DNA of 20,792 nt from Candidatus Thorarchaeota archaeon (lineage in GTDB: Archaea; Asgardarchaeota; Thorarchaeia; Thorarchaeales; Thorarchaeaceae): NCBI GenBank assembly GCA_016839445.1, contig JAEOUG010000165.1, forward strand, positions 1-20,792. The letters run 5' to 3'. Both the position numbers and the translations under genes were made by a program. Shown here in pieces: positions 6,301-13,376 of the stretch. Below the pieces are notes generated by a model. It ran no database searches and had not been told where the DNA came from. It saw only the letters and a list, made by a program, of their open reading frames with translations. Position 1 is the first letter of the stretch; every line of letters begins with the position of its first letter.

Positions 6301-8513
6301 CTCTTGAGGAGTACTCGTTCTCTATCCTTCTTGAGTGGCCAGTCCTAGAGGTCGTCCGACTCCAGACGACTCTGCTGTCGCAGTTCGGCTACTGGACCTT
6401 CGACCTCTCAGTGTTCAACCCTCAGGATGTTTATGCTGACACCATCATGACAGTGTATGTTGGAGGGCAAGTGCTATGGTCCGCAGATGTTGAGTGGGCC
6501 CCTGGCTACTCACAGATGTCAATCTACCGAGAAGTCGGATTCATGCCCTATGGTGCTGCCCAAGTCAGCGTCGTGCTCATTCTCAAGGTCACCTCGGCTC
6601 AGTGCTGTTCATTCTCAGACACTGTACATGTGAGCCTTCATTGGATCTCCATAGTCCTCTATGGTGTGGTGCCGGGTCTTGGCGTTGCTGCAGTCATTTT
6701 CGGCCTACTCGCTCAACGGAGTGGAAAGAAGAATAGCCTTCTGCAGACCGCCTTGGAGAAGGAAGTCCAGCATGACTATGAGGAGGCATTCAGCAACTAC
6801 ATGGATCTCGGCCTAGTGGAGGGTGGAATCCGGACTGCCGTGAAGGCTGGCTACACTGAGAAGGTCTTGGAACGAGTGATGCAGGCTCGGAACCCCCAGG
6901 TCAACGGGCTTCTTGCAGACTCTGCGCGAGGGCTCTACGAGAGAGGCGAGTTCTCTCTTGCTGGCAGAGTGTTCGAGTCGATTGGCGATTCGCTGGGACA
7001 GACGAAGTCCATGATAATGCACTGCCTCGCAACAGGTGATGCATCTGGTGCTGCAGATCTGATAAGGGGCCTGATCACCTCTGGTCGTCAGGACCTTGCC
7101 TCAGAGATGTTGCTAGAGAGTCAAACCAAGGGTCTCGCAGGGAAGGTTCTGGAAGGCATAGGAACTCCAGTGCTTGGCCTGATTCAGTTCATGGTTCGAC
7201 AGGGGAGGCCGTATCAACCGCTCCTCGATGGCGCCGTGCCTGAAGTGCAGGATGATGCGCTGCGACTGAGCTTATGGGTCGGCTTTGGGGCCATCGACCG
7301 AGTAGTAACTGAAGTCCTAGACGCATCATCTGTCGGAGAGATGGTTGAGATGACGAATCACTTGGCCGGAGACACGAGGACGTCTGTCGCCTCTGAAGTG
7401 GTGTCTCAGCTGGCTGCCGGAAAGAACTCCAAGAAGATCAAGGACTACCTCAGCGGCATTGGGCTTGACAATGCATCCTTCTCGTTGATTACGAGAGGAG
7501 TTGTCGACCAGCTGATGGACAACCCATCAGACAAGACGATGAGGAATCTTCTGAGTTCACTTGCCAAAGATGCACCCGGCAGTGATGCCTATGTTGCGGA
7601 GGTCTTCGAGGTTCTTGAGTTGGTGCAGGCCGGTGATTCGTCCGCGGCAGCAGCCATGGACGAGGGCAGAACCTTGAGTCTGATGGCAACGGTCTCTAAC
7701 CCTGCCGTAGTGGAGAAGCTTGTTGGCCGACTGCATCGAAGCAGGTTGGGTACTTCTCCGCTGGATTCTCTTCAGGTGTCTGACCTCGCCCAATACACCG
7801 TTAGACTGAGATATGCTGCAGTGGCTGCTCCCAAGCATGTATCGGACGTCGTCGAGAAAGAGCTCTCTGAAGTGGAGCCAATCCTGCGCCAGAAGATTAA
7901 GAGTCAGGCTAGGTCTGTCCTTATGGGACTAGACTTCAAGCCTGAGAGCAGCTGGTCTACCCATGCGACGGTAGAACAGCTCGTAATCCAGAGCGTAGAC
8001 AGGACTAATCCCTTCGCTACTATCGACGCGCTTGCAGATGCTGCAGGGGAGACCGGCTTCCCTGAGCTCGAGCAGTTGGTCGTCAAAACGATGAATGATG
8101 ATGAATCTGTCCGAGCATTCGTCAGGCGTGCAGTAAATGACCCTAGAATAAGACAGAAACTCGCGAGAGGGCAAGCTGTTCAGATGGGCGGACTACATGT
8201 TCCTCTATCAAACGAGCAGATTCTCGCCAACATCGCCAAAGAGGAATGGGACGCCAAGGCGGCCTACGCCTGGAAGAATGGTGTTCAGGCTAGCGCATTC
8301 GGAGTGCTCTCTAAGACTCTCTCAGAGATCGATAAGACGCGGCCGAACTGGCTGGAGGAGGCAACATCCCTGATCTGCAAGTACGTTGAGCATCTCAATG
8401 CTCGGAGGCTATACCACAAGAGTGGAACGAGTGCCGCGGTTAGATACCTATGCGAAGCAGCTGGAATGACGCCTCTGGAGGAGAGGTCCCTCAGAGACCG
8501 ATGTAGAATCTAG
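3348..8513 (+). CDS. Large type I membrane protein: signal peptide, CWB2-like repeats, beta-sandwich domains, C25/gingipain-like cysteine protease domain, Ig-like stalk, one TM helix, cytoplasmic TPR/alpha-solenoid region
   Basis: GGAGG at 3331-3335 precedes ATG 3348 (MRSRRFLLLLPILLMLVGA signal peptide). Protease motifs: GRYP (5190), STHGG (His 5481), FDSCQLA (Cys 5700), VIYGDP (5982). TM at 6642-6713 is followed by QRSGKK, then a helical C-terminal region of ~600 aa. Confidence 0.75.
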   Translation: MRSRRFLLLLPILLMLVGASQMPASLSRNAGIDLGETAVLSQSGPYDGVIPMNSCVFVGDVYNDFQNALSYLAAVPLAVRSNSTHMTSGLLLPDTDSYETPLEEWLALAGSATQEAIYIGDVTNPDFIAAGGMADNTFYIDGENYFDVAAEIATQFFGGTSDVVLVEANPTIQFNNDTLYDTTGNLGGLQFTYIHGTTSQSNDWEWFGTYNPTEGGAIISLEYDGSPSGYIWFDLLAREDGEYYPLDYPYLDGETVRFPYTNRPGETWIIHAIDLYDYVRTVTLDIKVEVPQADYYAFTVNPGEDCVIDFEVDVPSNAAVGLNVLGPTGDIVLSANRFALFSEYGETTGFTASLAHPAPGSYQAYVYNAETYSVGYSIDITKKVLMEDWEEAGAAAANGASIASALGAPLLYYTSDGLPSYTVDALTALQPERAIVVRPIGAHVYDIQTYLGGMGILSTRLNSFSDIQSYLDVLNGRTAGTGSVVLYDSSGTFFSSAGLAATQRRSVAMPFSYGDSGLMTLSQIPEQLNWMREYTMPLASTFSILDVWTSSGRLSGMNPPYASMSDIADAFYSWVGLHTGINNPQTTITIAPYQGFGDTLAPTFERAIAGRTKPGRYPSGENDATLIQIMRSILRVPLQTAASRSKVGLGTHLVYSYDTVVETNTRTPVYVSNSDDFPNFMTDAGLTPDQEVGPQVISELALSPYFWLASTHGGVGGEGYDIEGIAALMLWDAYRGYDESAIPFDPDYNGDGVVNPPEAYIDGYNVSQFVSGVDLNGMFAYFDSCQLASSYAPATMMEAGCDAVVACRVDALIGASDLFEMNVMESMSGGEVSLGAAMNGAYQVNSHVYSTGYEGVDTYSTVSTVGVIGASCIQFVIYGDPDVTLHDHSKTPAPFAPRIGDIGPGRTVRAHPGTSYELPIGPHDPVGNLYAKEGDYDIEIYSPTAALVESGSVHCTDLTFGGYVFNISESAALGLYTVEVTDTSTLEEYSFSILLEWPVLEVVRLQTTLLSQFGYWTFDLSVFNPQDVYADTIMTVYVGGQVLWSADVEWAPGYSQMSIYREVGFMPYGAAQVSVVLILKVTSAQCCSFSDTVHVSLHWISIVLYGVVPGLGVAAVIFGLLAQRSGKKNSLLQTALEKEVQHDYEEAFSNYMDLGLVEGGIRTAVKAGYTEKVLERVMQARNPQVNGLLADSARGLYERGEFSLAGRVFESIGDSLGQTKSMIMHCLATGDASGAADLIRGLITSGRQDLASEMLLESQTKGLAGKVLEGIGTPVLGLIQFMVRQGRPYQPLLDGAVPEVQDDALRLSLWVGFGAIDRVVTEVLDASSVGEMVEMTNHLAGDTRTSVASEVVSQLAAGKNSKKIKDYLSGIGLDNASFSLITRGVVDQLMDNPSDKTMRNLLSSLAKDAPGSDAYVAEVFEVLELVQAGDSSAAAAMDEGRTLSLMATVSNPAVVEKLVGRLHRSRLGTSPLDSLQVSDLAQYTVRLRYAAVAAPKHVSDVVEKELSEVEPILRQKIKSQARSVLMGLDFKPESSWSTHATVEQLVIQSVDRTNPFATIDALADAAGETGFPELEQLVVKTMNDDESVRAFVRRAVNDPRIRQKLARGQAVQMGGLHVPLSNEQILANIAKEEWDAKAAYAWKNGVQASAFGVLSKTLSEIDKTRPNWLEEATSLICKYVEHLNARRLYHKSGTSAAVRYLCEAAGMTPLEERSLRDRCRI

Positions 8514-8528
8514 GACTGGGGCTTGACG

Positions 8529-8552
8529 AGCGGCGGCAGAACTGCCACCGCT
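8529..8552. terminator. GC-rich stem-loop between convergent genes
   Basis: The minus strand reads AGCGGTGGCAG-TT-CTGCCGCCGCT, fully paired with one G-U pair, directly at the iorB stop codon. There is no U-tract. Confidence 0.5.
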
Positions 8553-9180
8553 AGGCTTGGAGGCACTCGCCTCCAGCCTCAAATCCCAAGTCGAAGGCCT
8601 TCGAGTTCGCCTCAACAGTCTTTGGAGGTACAAGTGCGAGCACCGCTTTCCTAACCTCTTCAGCAGGAATGGGAAACTCCTCACAGGCCACCGTGGCGCC
8701 AACCAGCACTGAGTTCTCGGTTCTTGCATTGCCTGCCTTCAGAGCGAGCTCCAGCGAGTCAAGAAGCACGACTCTCTTGGTGACCTTTCTAACCCGCTCC
8801 ACTATCTCATCGATGGTGAGGTATCTCTGCTTCTTCGACTTGTCCATAGCCACTGACTGCGTTTCTATCACAGAAGGCATAATCCTGTTGCTCATGATGA
8901 CAACGCCATCGTCCTTGAGGTACTCGATGTAGCGAAGAGCCTCAGACGCTTCCATTACAAGCATCATGTCGGCCTTTCCGTAGGGGATCAAAGGTGATAT
9001 CGGTTCTCCAATTCGAAAATGAACATAGATTGACCCCTGTCTTTGAGAGAGGCCGTGCTGCTCACCTGTCATGACCTTCATGCCGGCGTCTACAGCAGCC
9101 TTTCCGAGTATTGCAGACAGCAGCATGAGACCCTGGCCTCCTACTCCTGCAAACATGATGTCAAACGACTTCTTGGGCAT
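8551..9180 (-). CDS. iorB: Indolepyruvate:ferredoxin oxidoreductase beta subunit
   Basis: AGVGGQG, EQHGLSQRQGS and N-x-V-L-V-G motifs. The start is corrected to ATG 9180 (MPKKSF), which overlaps the iorA TGA (TGATG). Confidence 0.93.
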   Translation of the reverse strand: MPKKSFDIMFAGVGGQGLMLLSAILGKAAVDAGMKVMTGEQHGLSQRQGSIYVHFRIGEPISPLIPYGKADMMLVMEASEALRYIEYLKDDGVVIMSNRIMPSVIETQSVAMDKSKKQRYLTIDEIVERVRKVTKRVVLLDSLELALKAGNARTENSVLVGATVACEEFPIPAEEVRKAVLALVPPKTVEANSKAFDLGFEAGGECLQA

Positions 9181-11081
9181 CACTTCTTCACCTCCACATG
9201 GCGAGGTGCGTCCACTGGACACACCTGTCGGCATTCTAGGCAACCGTCACAGAGGTCCTGCTGAATGACCATCTTGTGGTTCTTCTCGTTCACCGTGATA
9301 GCAGGGCAGTAGAACTCGCGAACACATGCGTAGATTCCTCGGCAGGTTTCCTCGTCATTCTCGCTGGGAACAATCTTCTGTCCCTTGCTCTTCTTCTCTC
9401 GGTCTCCGTAGAGAGCGCACTCCCTTCTTGAGATGATGACATTGAATCCGTCTGCTTGAATGGCGTTCTTGATGGGTGAGATACAATCCCGTGTTTCGTA
9501 TGGGTCTATCACGGTAACACTGTCTGCGCCTAGCCCTACGAGGAATTTCTCCATGTCTATCTTCCTTGCCGGATGACGACCCGCGTCGTAGGAGGAGTTC
9601 GGATTGAACTGCTGACCTGTCATTGCGGTTACTGAGTTGTCGAGCACAAAGAGTGTCACGTTCTGGTTGTGATGGATCAAGTTGACAATCCCCGGGAGTG
9701 CCGCATGGTATAGAGTTGAATCACCTACCATCGCAATCACCTTGTCCTCTAGGGCCATCTCCATCCCCGCAGAGATCCCGAGTGACGCTCCCATGGCTAA
9801 CATGGAATCGCTGAACTCGTTGGGTGGAAGGAAGGCCATAGAATAGCAGCCTATGTCGTTGTTGAACACGATGTCATCGCGAATCCTGAGTTGCTGCAGC
9901 GCCTGGCGAAAGGCCCAGAGTGTTCCTCGATGAGGGCATCCCGGACAGAATATCGGAGGTCTCTCAGGAAGGATGTCTTTCAGCTTGGTGGCCCGCTCCA
10001 AGACTGCTTTGTAGTCCATTGAGGGGCTCACACCCATCACGCCTGCAAGAACCTCTTCAACGATTGGCACATTGTACTCCAGCATCTCAGAGAAGTGGCC
10101 AGACTTCTTCCCAACAATCATCAGGTCGGGATTGACGTCTTTGGCCAGAGCAGCTACCCTCGTTTCAAGATAGGGCGTCAGCTCCTCTACAATAACGAGC
10201 TTCTTGAGACCCTTCAAGTAGCTAGAAATCTTCATCTCAGGGAGCGGGAATAGAGTCCCGACCTTGAAGACTGGAAGATCAATCTCAAGGTTCTGCATTG
10301 CCTCAAGTACATGCAGGTAGCATACTCCCGCTGTGAGAACACCTGTCTTCCCTTCTCCGGGCTTTACGAAGTTGAAGTTGCAGTTCTCGAATTCGCTCTG
10401 AACAGCGTCTCGCTTCTTCAGGAGCTGATCCTTGAGTCGCCGGGCTACGGATCCCACAGTGAAGTACTGAGCCTTGACATCCTTCCACTTCTTCCTCTCG
10501 AAGGGAGTCCTGTCAAGCTTGCCAAGCTTGACCATGCCACGCTGATGATTCACGCGAGTAGTAGTCCTCATTATGACGAGGGTCTTATGCCTCTCTGACA
10601 CATCGAATGCCCACTTCGTCATGTCCAAGGCCTCTTGTGCAGTTGATGGTTCGATCATCGGAACGTAGGCAGCTTCACCGAAGTATCTTCCATCCTGCTC
10701 TGACTGAGATGAGTGGGCATACGGGTCGTCAGCAATCAGACACACACAGCCTCCCCTCAGTCCAGTGTATCCGATTGAGAACATCGAGTCACTGGCAACA
10801 TTCATACCGACTGACTTCATCGAAGTGAAGGATCTCATTCCTGCCATCGATGCACCAGCAACGGTCTCGAGTGCTACCTTCTCATTTGCCGAGATATGCA
10901 TTCGATAGTCGCCGAAGTGGTCGAGCACCTCACTGAAGGTATCGAGAATCTCAGAGGTCGGAGACCCTGGGTAGAATGCCACAATCTTGACATCCGCCTC
11001 AAGAGCTCCTCTCACTACTGCTTCATTGGCCAGCATTAGAGCAGGCCCCTTGTCAGTCCGCTTGACGTCTTCAGAGGTCAT
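9180..11081 (-). CDS. iorA: Indolepyruvate:ferredoxin oxidoreductase alpha subunit
   Basis: YPGSPTSEI, NEKVALE, MKSVGMNVASD, SSQSEQD, CPGCPH, the TPP motif GDSTLYH...LDN and a C-terminal ferredoxin domain. Confidence 0.96.
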   Translation of the reverse strand: MTSEDVKRTDKGPALMLANEAVVRGALEADVKIVAFYPGSPTSEILDTFSEVLDHFGDYRMHISANEKVALETVAGASMAGMRSFTSMKSVGMNVASDSMFSIGYTGLRGGCVCLIADDPYAHSSQSEQDGRYFGEAAYVPMIEPSTAQEALDMTKWAFDVSERHKTLVIMRTTTRVNHQRGMVKLGKLDRTPFERKKWKDVKAQYFTVGSVARRLKDQLLKKRDAVQSEFENCNFNFVKPGEGKTGVLTAGVCYLHVLEAMQNLEIDLPVFKVGTLFPLPEMKISSYLKGLKKLVIVEELTPYLETRVAALAKDVNPDLMIVGKKSGHFSEMLEYNVPIVEEVLAGVMGVSPSMDYKAVLERATKLKDILPERPPIFCPGCPHRGTLWAFRQALQQLRIRDDIVFNNDIGCYSMAFLPPNEFSDSMLAMGASLGISAGMEMALEDKVIAMVGDSTLYHAALPGIVNLIHHNQNVTLFVLDNSVTAMTGQQFNPNSSYDAGRHPARKIDMEKFLVGLGADSVTVIDPYETRDCISPIKNAIQADGFNVIISRRECALYGDREKKSKGQKIVPSENDEETCRGIYACVREFYCPAITVNEKNHKMVIQQDLCDGCLECRQVCPVDAPRHVEVKK

Positions 11082-11200
11082 CTTTCGTCCTCGCTATGGT
11101 CGATGTCTGGAATAGTCTGAACATGCTTGCTCGGGACATAAGCCTTGGCCTACGGCAACATCTCGGCGGCCCGCCACTCCATGAAACAGGGTTGGTCCAA

Positions 11201-11214
11201 AGAAGCTATATTTG
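11201..11214 (+). promoter_or_regulatory. Putative BRE/TATA element (AGAAGCTATATTT) for the GTPase operon
   Basis: Purine-rich run plus a TATA-like box about 60 nt upstream of ATG 11273, in the divergent intergenic region. Confidence 0.35.
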
Positions 11215-11272
11215 GGATTTGTACAAGCAAGTGGCGGGACCTTGACTACTTCGACTACAGGGACGTGCATCA

Positions 11273-11569
11273 ATGGAACTCACCTTCAAATGTCCTGAAT
11301 GCCAAGGAAAGTCTATACTCTCCATGAGCGATGAAGAGGCCGCTCAGATTAAGGAACGAATACGAAGTGAGGGGCGATCTCCGACACTCATCGTTCGATG
11401 CGAGAATAACCACGAACTACTTGTCACATTATACAATCCCCGGACAGGAGAGTCGTTAGGAGTACGGGACATCGTTGTACCTCACCGGTCGGAATCTGGG
11501 GAATCCTCGAAGAAGACGGGCTCCAAGGAAGTAGATTGGCTGGCAAAAGCCTTCGGGGGTGAAGACTAG
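11273..11569 (+). CDS. Small Zn-ribbon-like protein (CPEC...CENNH)
   Basis: CxxC at the N-terminus and CxxxH about 35 aa later, with a low-complexity linker and a C-terminal amphipathic segment (VDWLAKAF). Its stop overlaps the next GTG. Confidence 0.75.
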   Translation: MELTFKCPECQGKSILSMSDEEAAQIKERIRSEGRSPTLIVRCENNHELLVTLYNPRTGESLGVRDIVVPHRSESGESSKKTGSKEVDWLAKAFGGED

Positions 11570-11949
11570 TGGTTGTCAAACTCGTTGTCCGAGTAGAAAT
11601 GTGCGATATGTCTTCAAAGGTTCTCTTTCCGGAAGACGACACTACTGAGGAAAGAGCTGCTCTGTTGACTGGTATTGTTCAGCTCGTTTCTGTCGCCCTC
11701 AAGAGAGAGCAGGATGCCGACGCGGCTCTAGGCAGACCTCACTTCATGAAGTCTGACAAAGGAGTCATCGGATACGCCCAGACTACTGACGGATTCCTCT
11801 ACATTTGTGAGTCTGACAACGAAAGCGAGTCAGGTGATGTTCTTAGAGCGGTTGTGGACGCAGTCCACGCGACAGAAGAAGAGATTGTGAAGCGTATCAA
11901 GAAGGTGATGCGCAGACGCGGCGGCGAGATTGCAGGTCTCTGGGGGTAA
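11569..11949 (+). CDS. Longin/roadblock-like small domain protein
   Basis: 126 aa with an apparent beta-beta-alpha(AALLTGIVQLVSVAL)-beta-beta-beta-alpha-alpha order. GGGGTGA SD, TAGTG overlap, and located upstream of a small GTPase. Confidence 0.6.
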   Translation: MVVKLVVRVEMCDMSSKVLFPEDDTTEERAALLTGIVQLVSVALKREQDADAALGRPHFMKSDKGVIGYAQTTDGFLYICESDNESESGDVLRAVVDAVHATEEEIVKRIKKVMRRRGGEIAGLWG

Positions 11950-11964
11950 GAAGGAGGTAGAACG

Positions 11965-13359
11965 ATGGATTTCGAGCTTGCTTTGTACACGAGTGGAACA
12001 ATGACTGCAGTGCTGCTTGCTGCAATGCTAGTTGTCTATGGTGTGTCGATTCGCAGAGTCTTCGGCAACGTGACTAGCTCAACCAAGAGAGCACTGATCA
12101 TGTTTGGCTTGTCAGGTCTGATGACAGTAGTCGTTACGGTAGCTGGGTTGTACTTCCGGGGCTTCTTCCTCTCATGGATGGGTTTCTTCTTTGCATTCGT
12201 TGTGTCAACCATTCTGTATGTTCTCTACCCTGAAAGCCGTAGGGCATTCGTTGGCCGCTTGGTCACCTTCATCATCGCTTTCGGAATGCTTGCTGAGAAC
12301 TTCGTGAGAATGGTCTTGCTGCCTGGTTACACACAGATGTTCGAATACATGGGACTCACAATCCTACTTGTGGCCAGTTTCATCTACTCCATTATACTCG
12401 TGAGGGACACGCCGTCGGCATTCAGCGGTTCCATCCTCCTAGTTCTTGTGCTCTACGTGGTCACAGCAGCTACGGCGGCTACATCATTCATCTTCATACA
12501 CACCGAGTACTTCATCATCCAGTCACTTCCAATCATTGTTTCAGCAGCGGTCTTTGGGTCTGTCCTTAGGCCATGGAGGACTATGATCACACTCTTCATT
12601 GTCTTCCTGGCTGCGTCAATGGGTGGAGGACTGGTCTGGGCTGCTCTTCTTGCAGGAGATGTACTCATCTGGCAATTCACCATTGTGGCTGTCGCTGCCT
12701 GCATTTGCGTGGTTGCTCCGCTCAACTTCTTCATACAACAAGGCGCTGACACAGGTGCAAGGACTCCCCGCTTCATTGGTGTCGTGCTGATTGCCCTCTC
12801 TCTGCTGATACTGACCCACACCAACTCATGGGCTATCTACCTCATGGAGATTGGGCCAAAGGCTGCGCTAGTCTGGAATGAGTACATGGTGTCAGTGGAT
12901 GTCATTCTAGGAGTGATTGCCATTGGCACATTTGCCTTGGCTGCTTCTGCAGCATCATTTGGGGAGAGAACCTACTCCACAATCAGAGAGGTAGTTGTGG
13001 CACTCGGCACAGCCATTGCAGTCCTGGGTCTCTATCCTGTTCGCTTTGATCGCTGGCAGGCCAACGCTCTGTACCCGATCTTGGCCCTCTTGATGGCCGT
13101 TGGAGTCATCATGTTCATACGTGTGTCAGTCCGCATCTACAGAGCTGGAGCCACAAGGGCCGCTCAGAACTTCATGACGTTCATAGTCTCATCCTTGACG
13201 ATTGGCATAGTCGTTATGTTTTCTGACCAAATCGCGGCCATTAGTTTTGGCCTAGTACTACTGATGATGGCAGCCGCAGGAGCACTGGCTCTGGCAAGTA
13301 GCCCACCAGTCCTTGCGTCCATAGGGAAGAGATTTAGAGGGACTCAAGCGGGGACGTAA
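11965..13359 (+). CDS. Polytopic membrane protein, ~15 predicted TM helices, unknown function
   Basis: Strong SD (AAGGAGGT) before ATG 11965. About 15 hydrophobic segments with short loops, and Arg/Lys concentrated after the odd-numbered helices. Confidence 0.85.
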   Translation: MDFELALYTSGTMTAVLLAAMLVVYGVSIRRVFGNVTSSTKRALIMFGLSGLMTVVVTVAGLYFRGFFLSWMGFFFAFVVSTILYVLYPESRRAFVGRLVTFIIAFGMLAENFVRMVLLPGYTQMFEYMGLTILLVASFIYSIILVRDTPSAFSGSILLVLVLYVVTAATAATSFIFIHTEYFIIQSLPIIVSAAVFGSVLRPWRTMITLFIVFLAASMGGGLVWAALLAGDVLIWQFTIVAVAACICVVAPLNFFIQQGADTGARTPRFIGVVLIALSLLILTHTNSWAIYLMEIGPKAALVWNEYMVSVDVILGVIAIGTFALAASAASFGERTYSTIREVVVALGTAIAVLGLYPVRFDRWQANALYPILALLMAVGVIMFIRVSVRIYRAGATRAAQNFMTFIVSSLTIGIVVMFSDQIAAISFGLVLLMMAAAGALALASSPPVLASIGKRFRGTQAGT

Positions 13360-13376
13360 GAAAGCAGGTATGTGAT

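Noticed and set aside
11965-13359. Membrane protein as a rhodopsin or MFS transporter
   Set aside because: There is no Lys in the helix-7 equivalents for retinal attachment, no MFS motif A, and the odd helix count does not fit a 6+6 fold.
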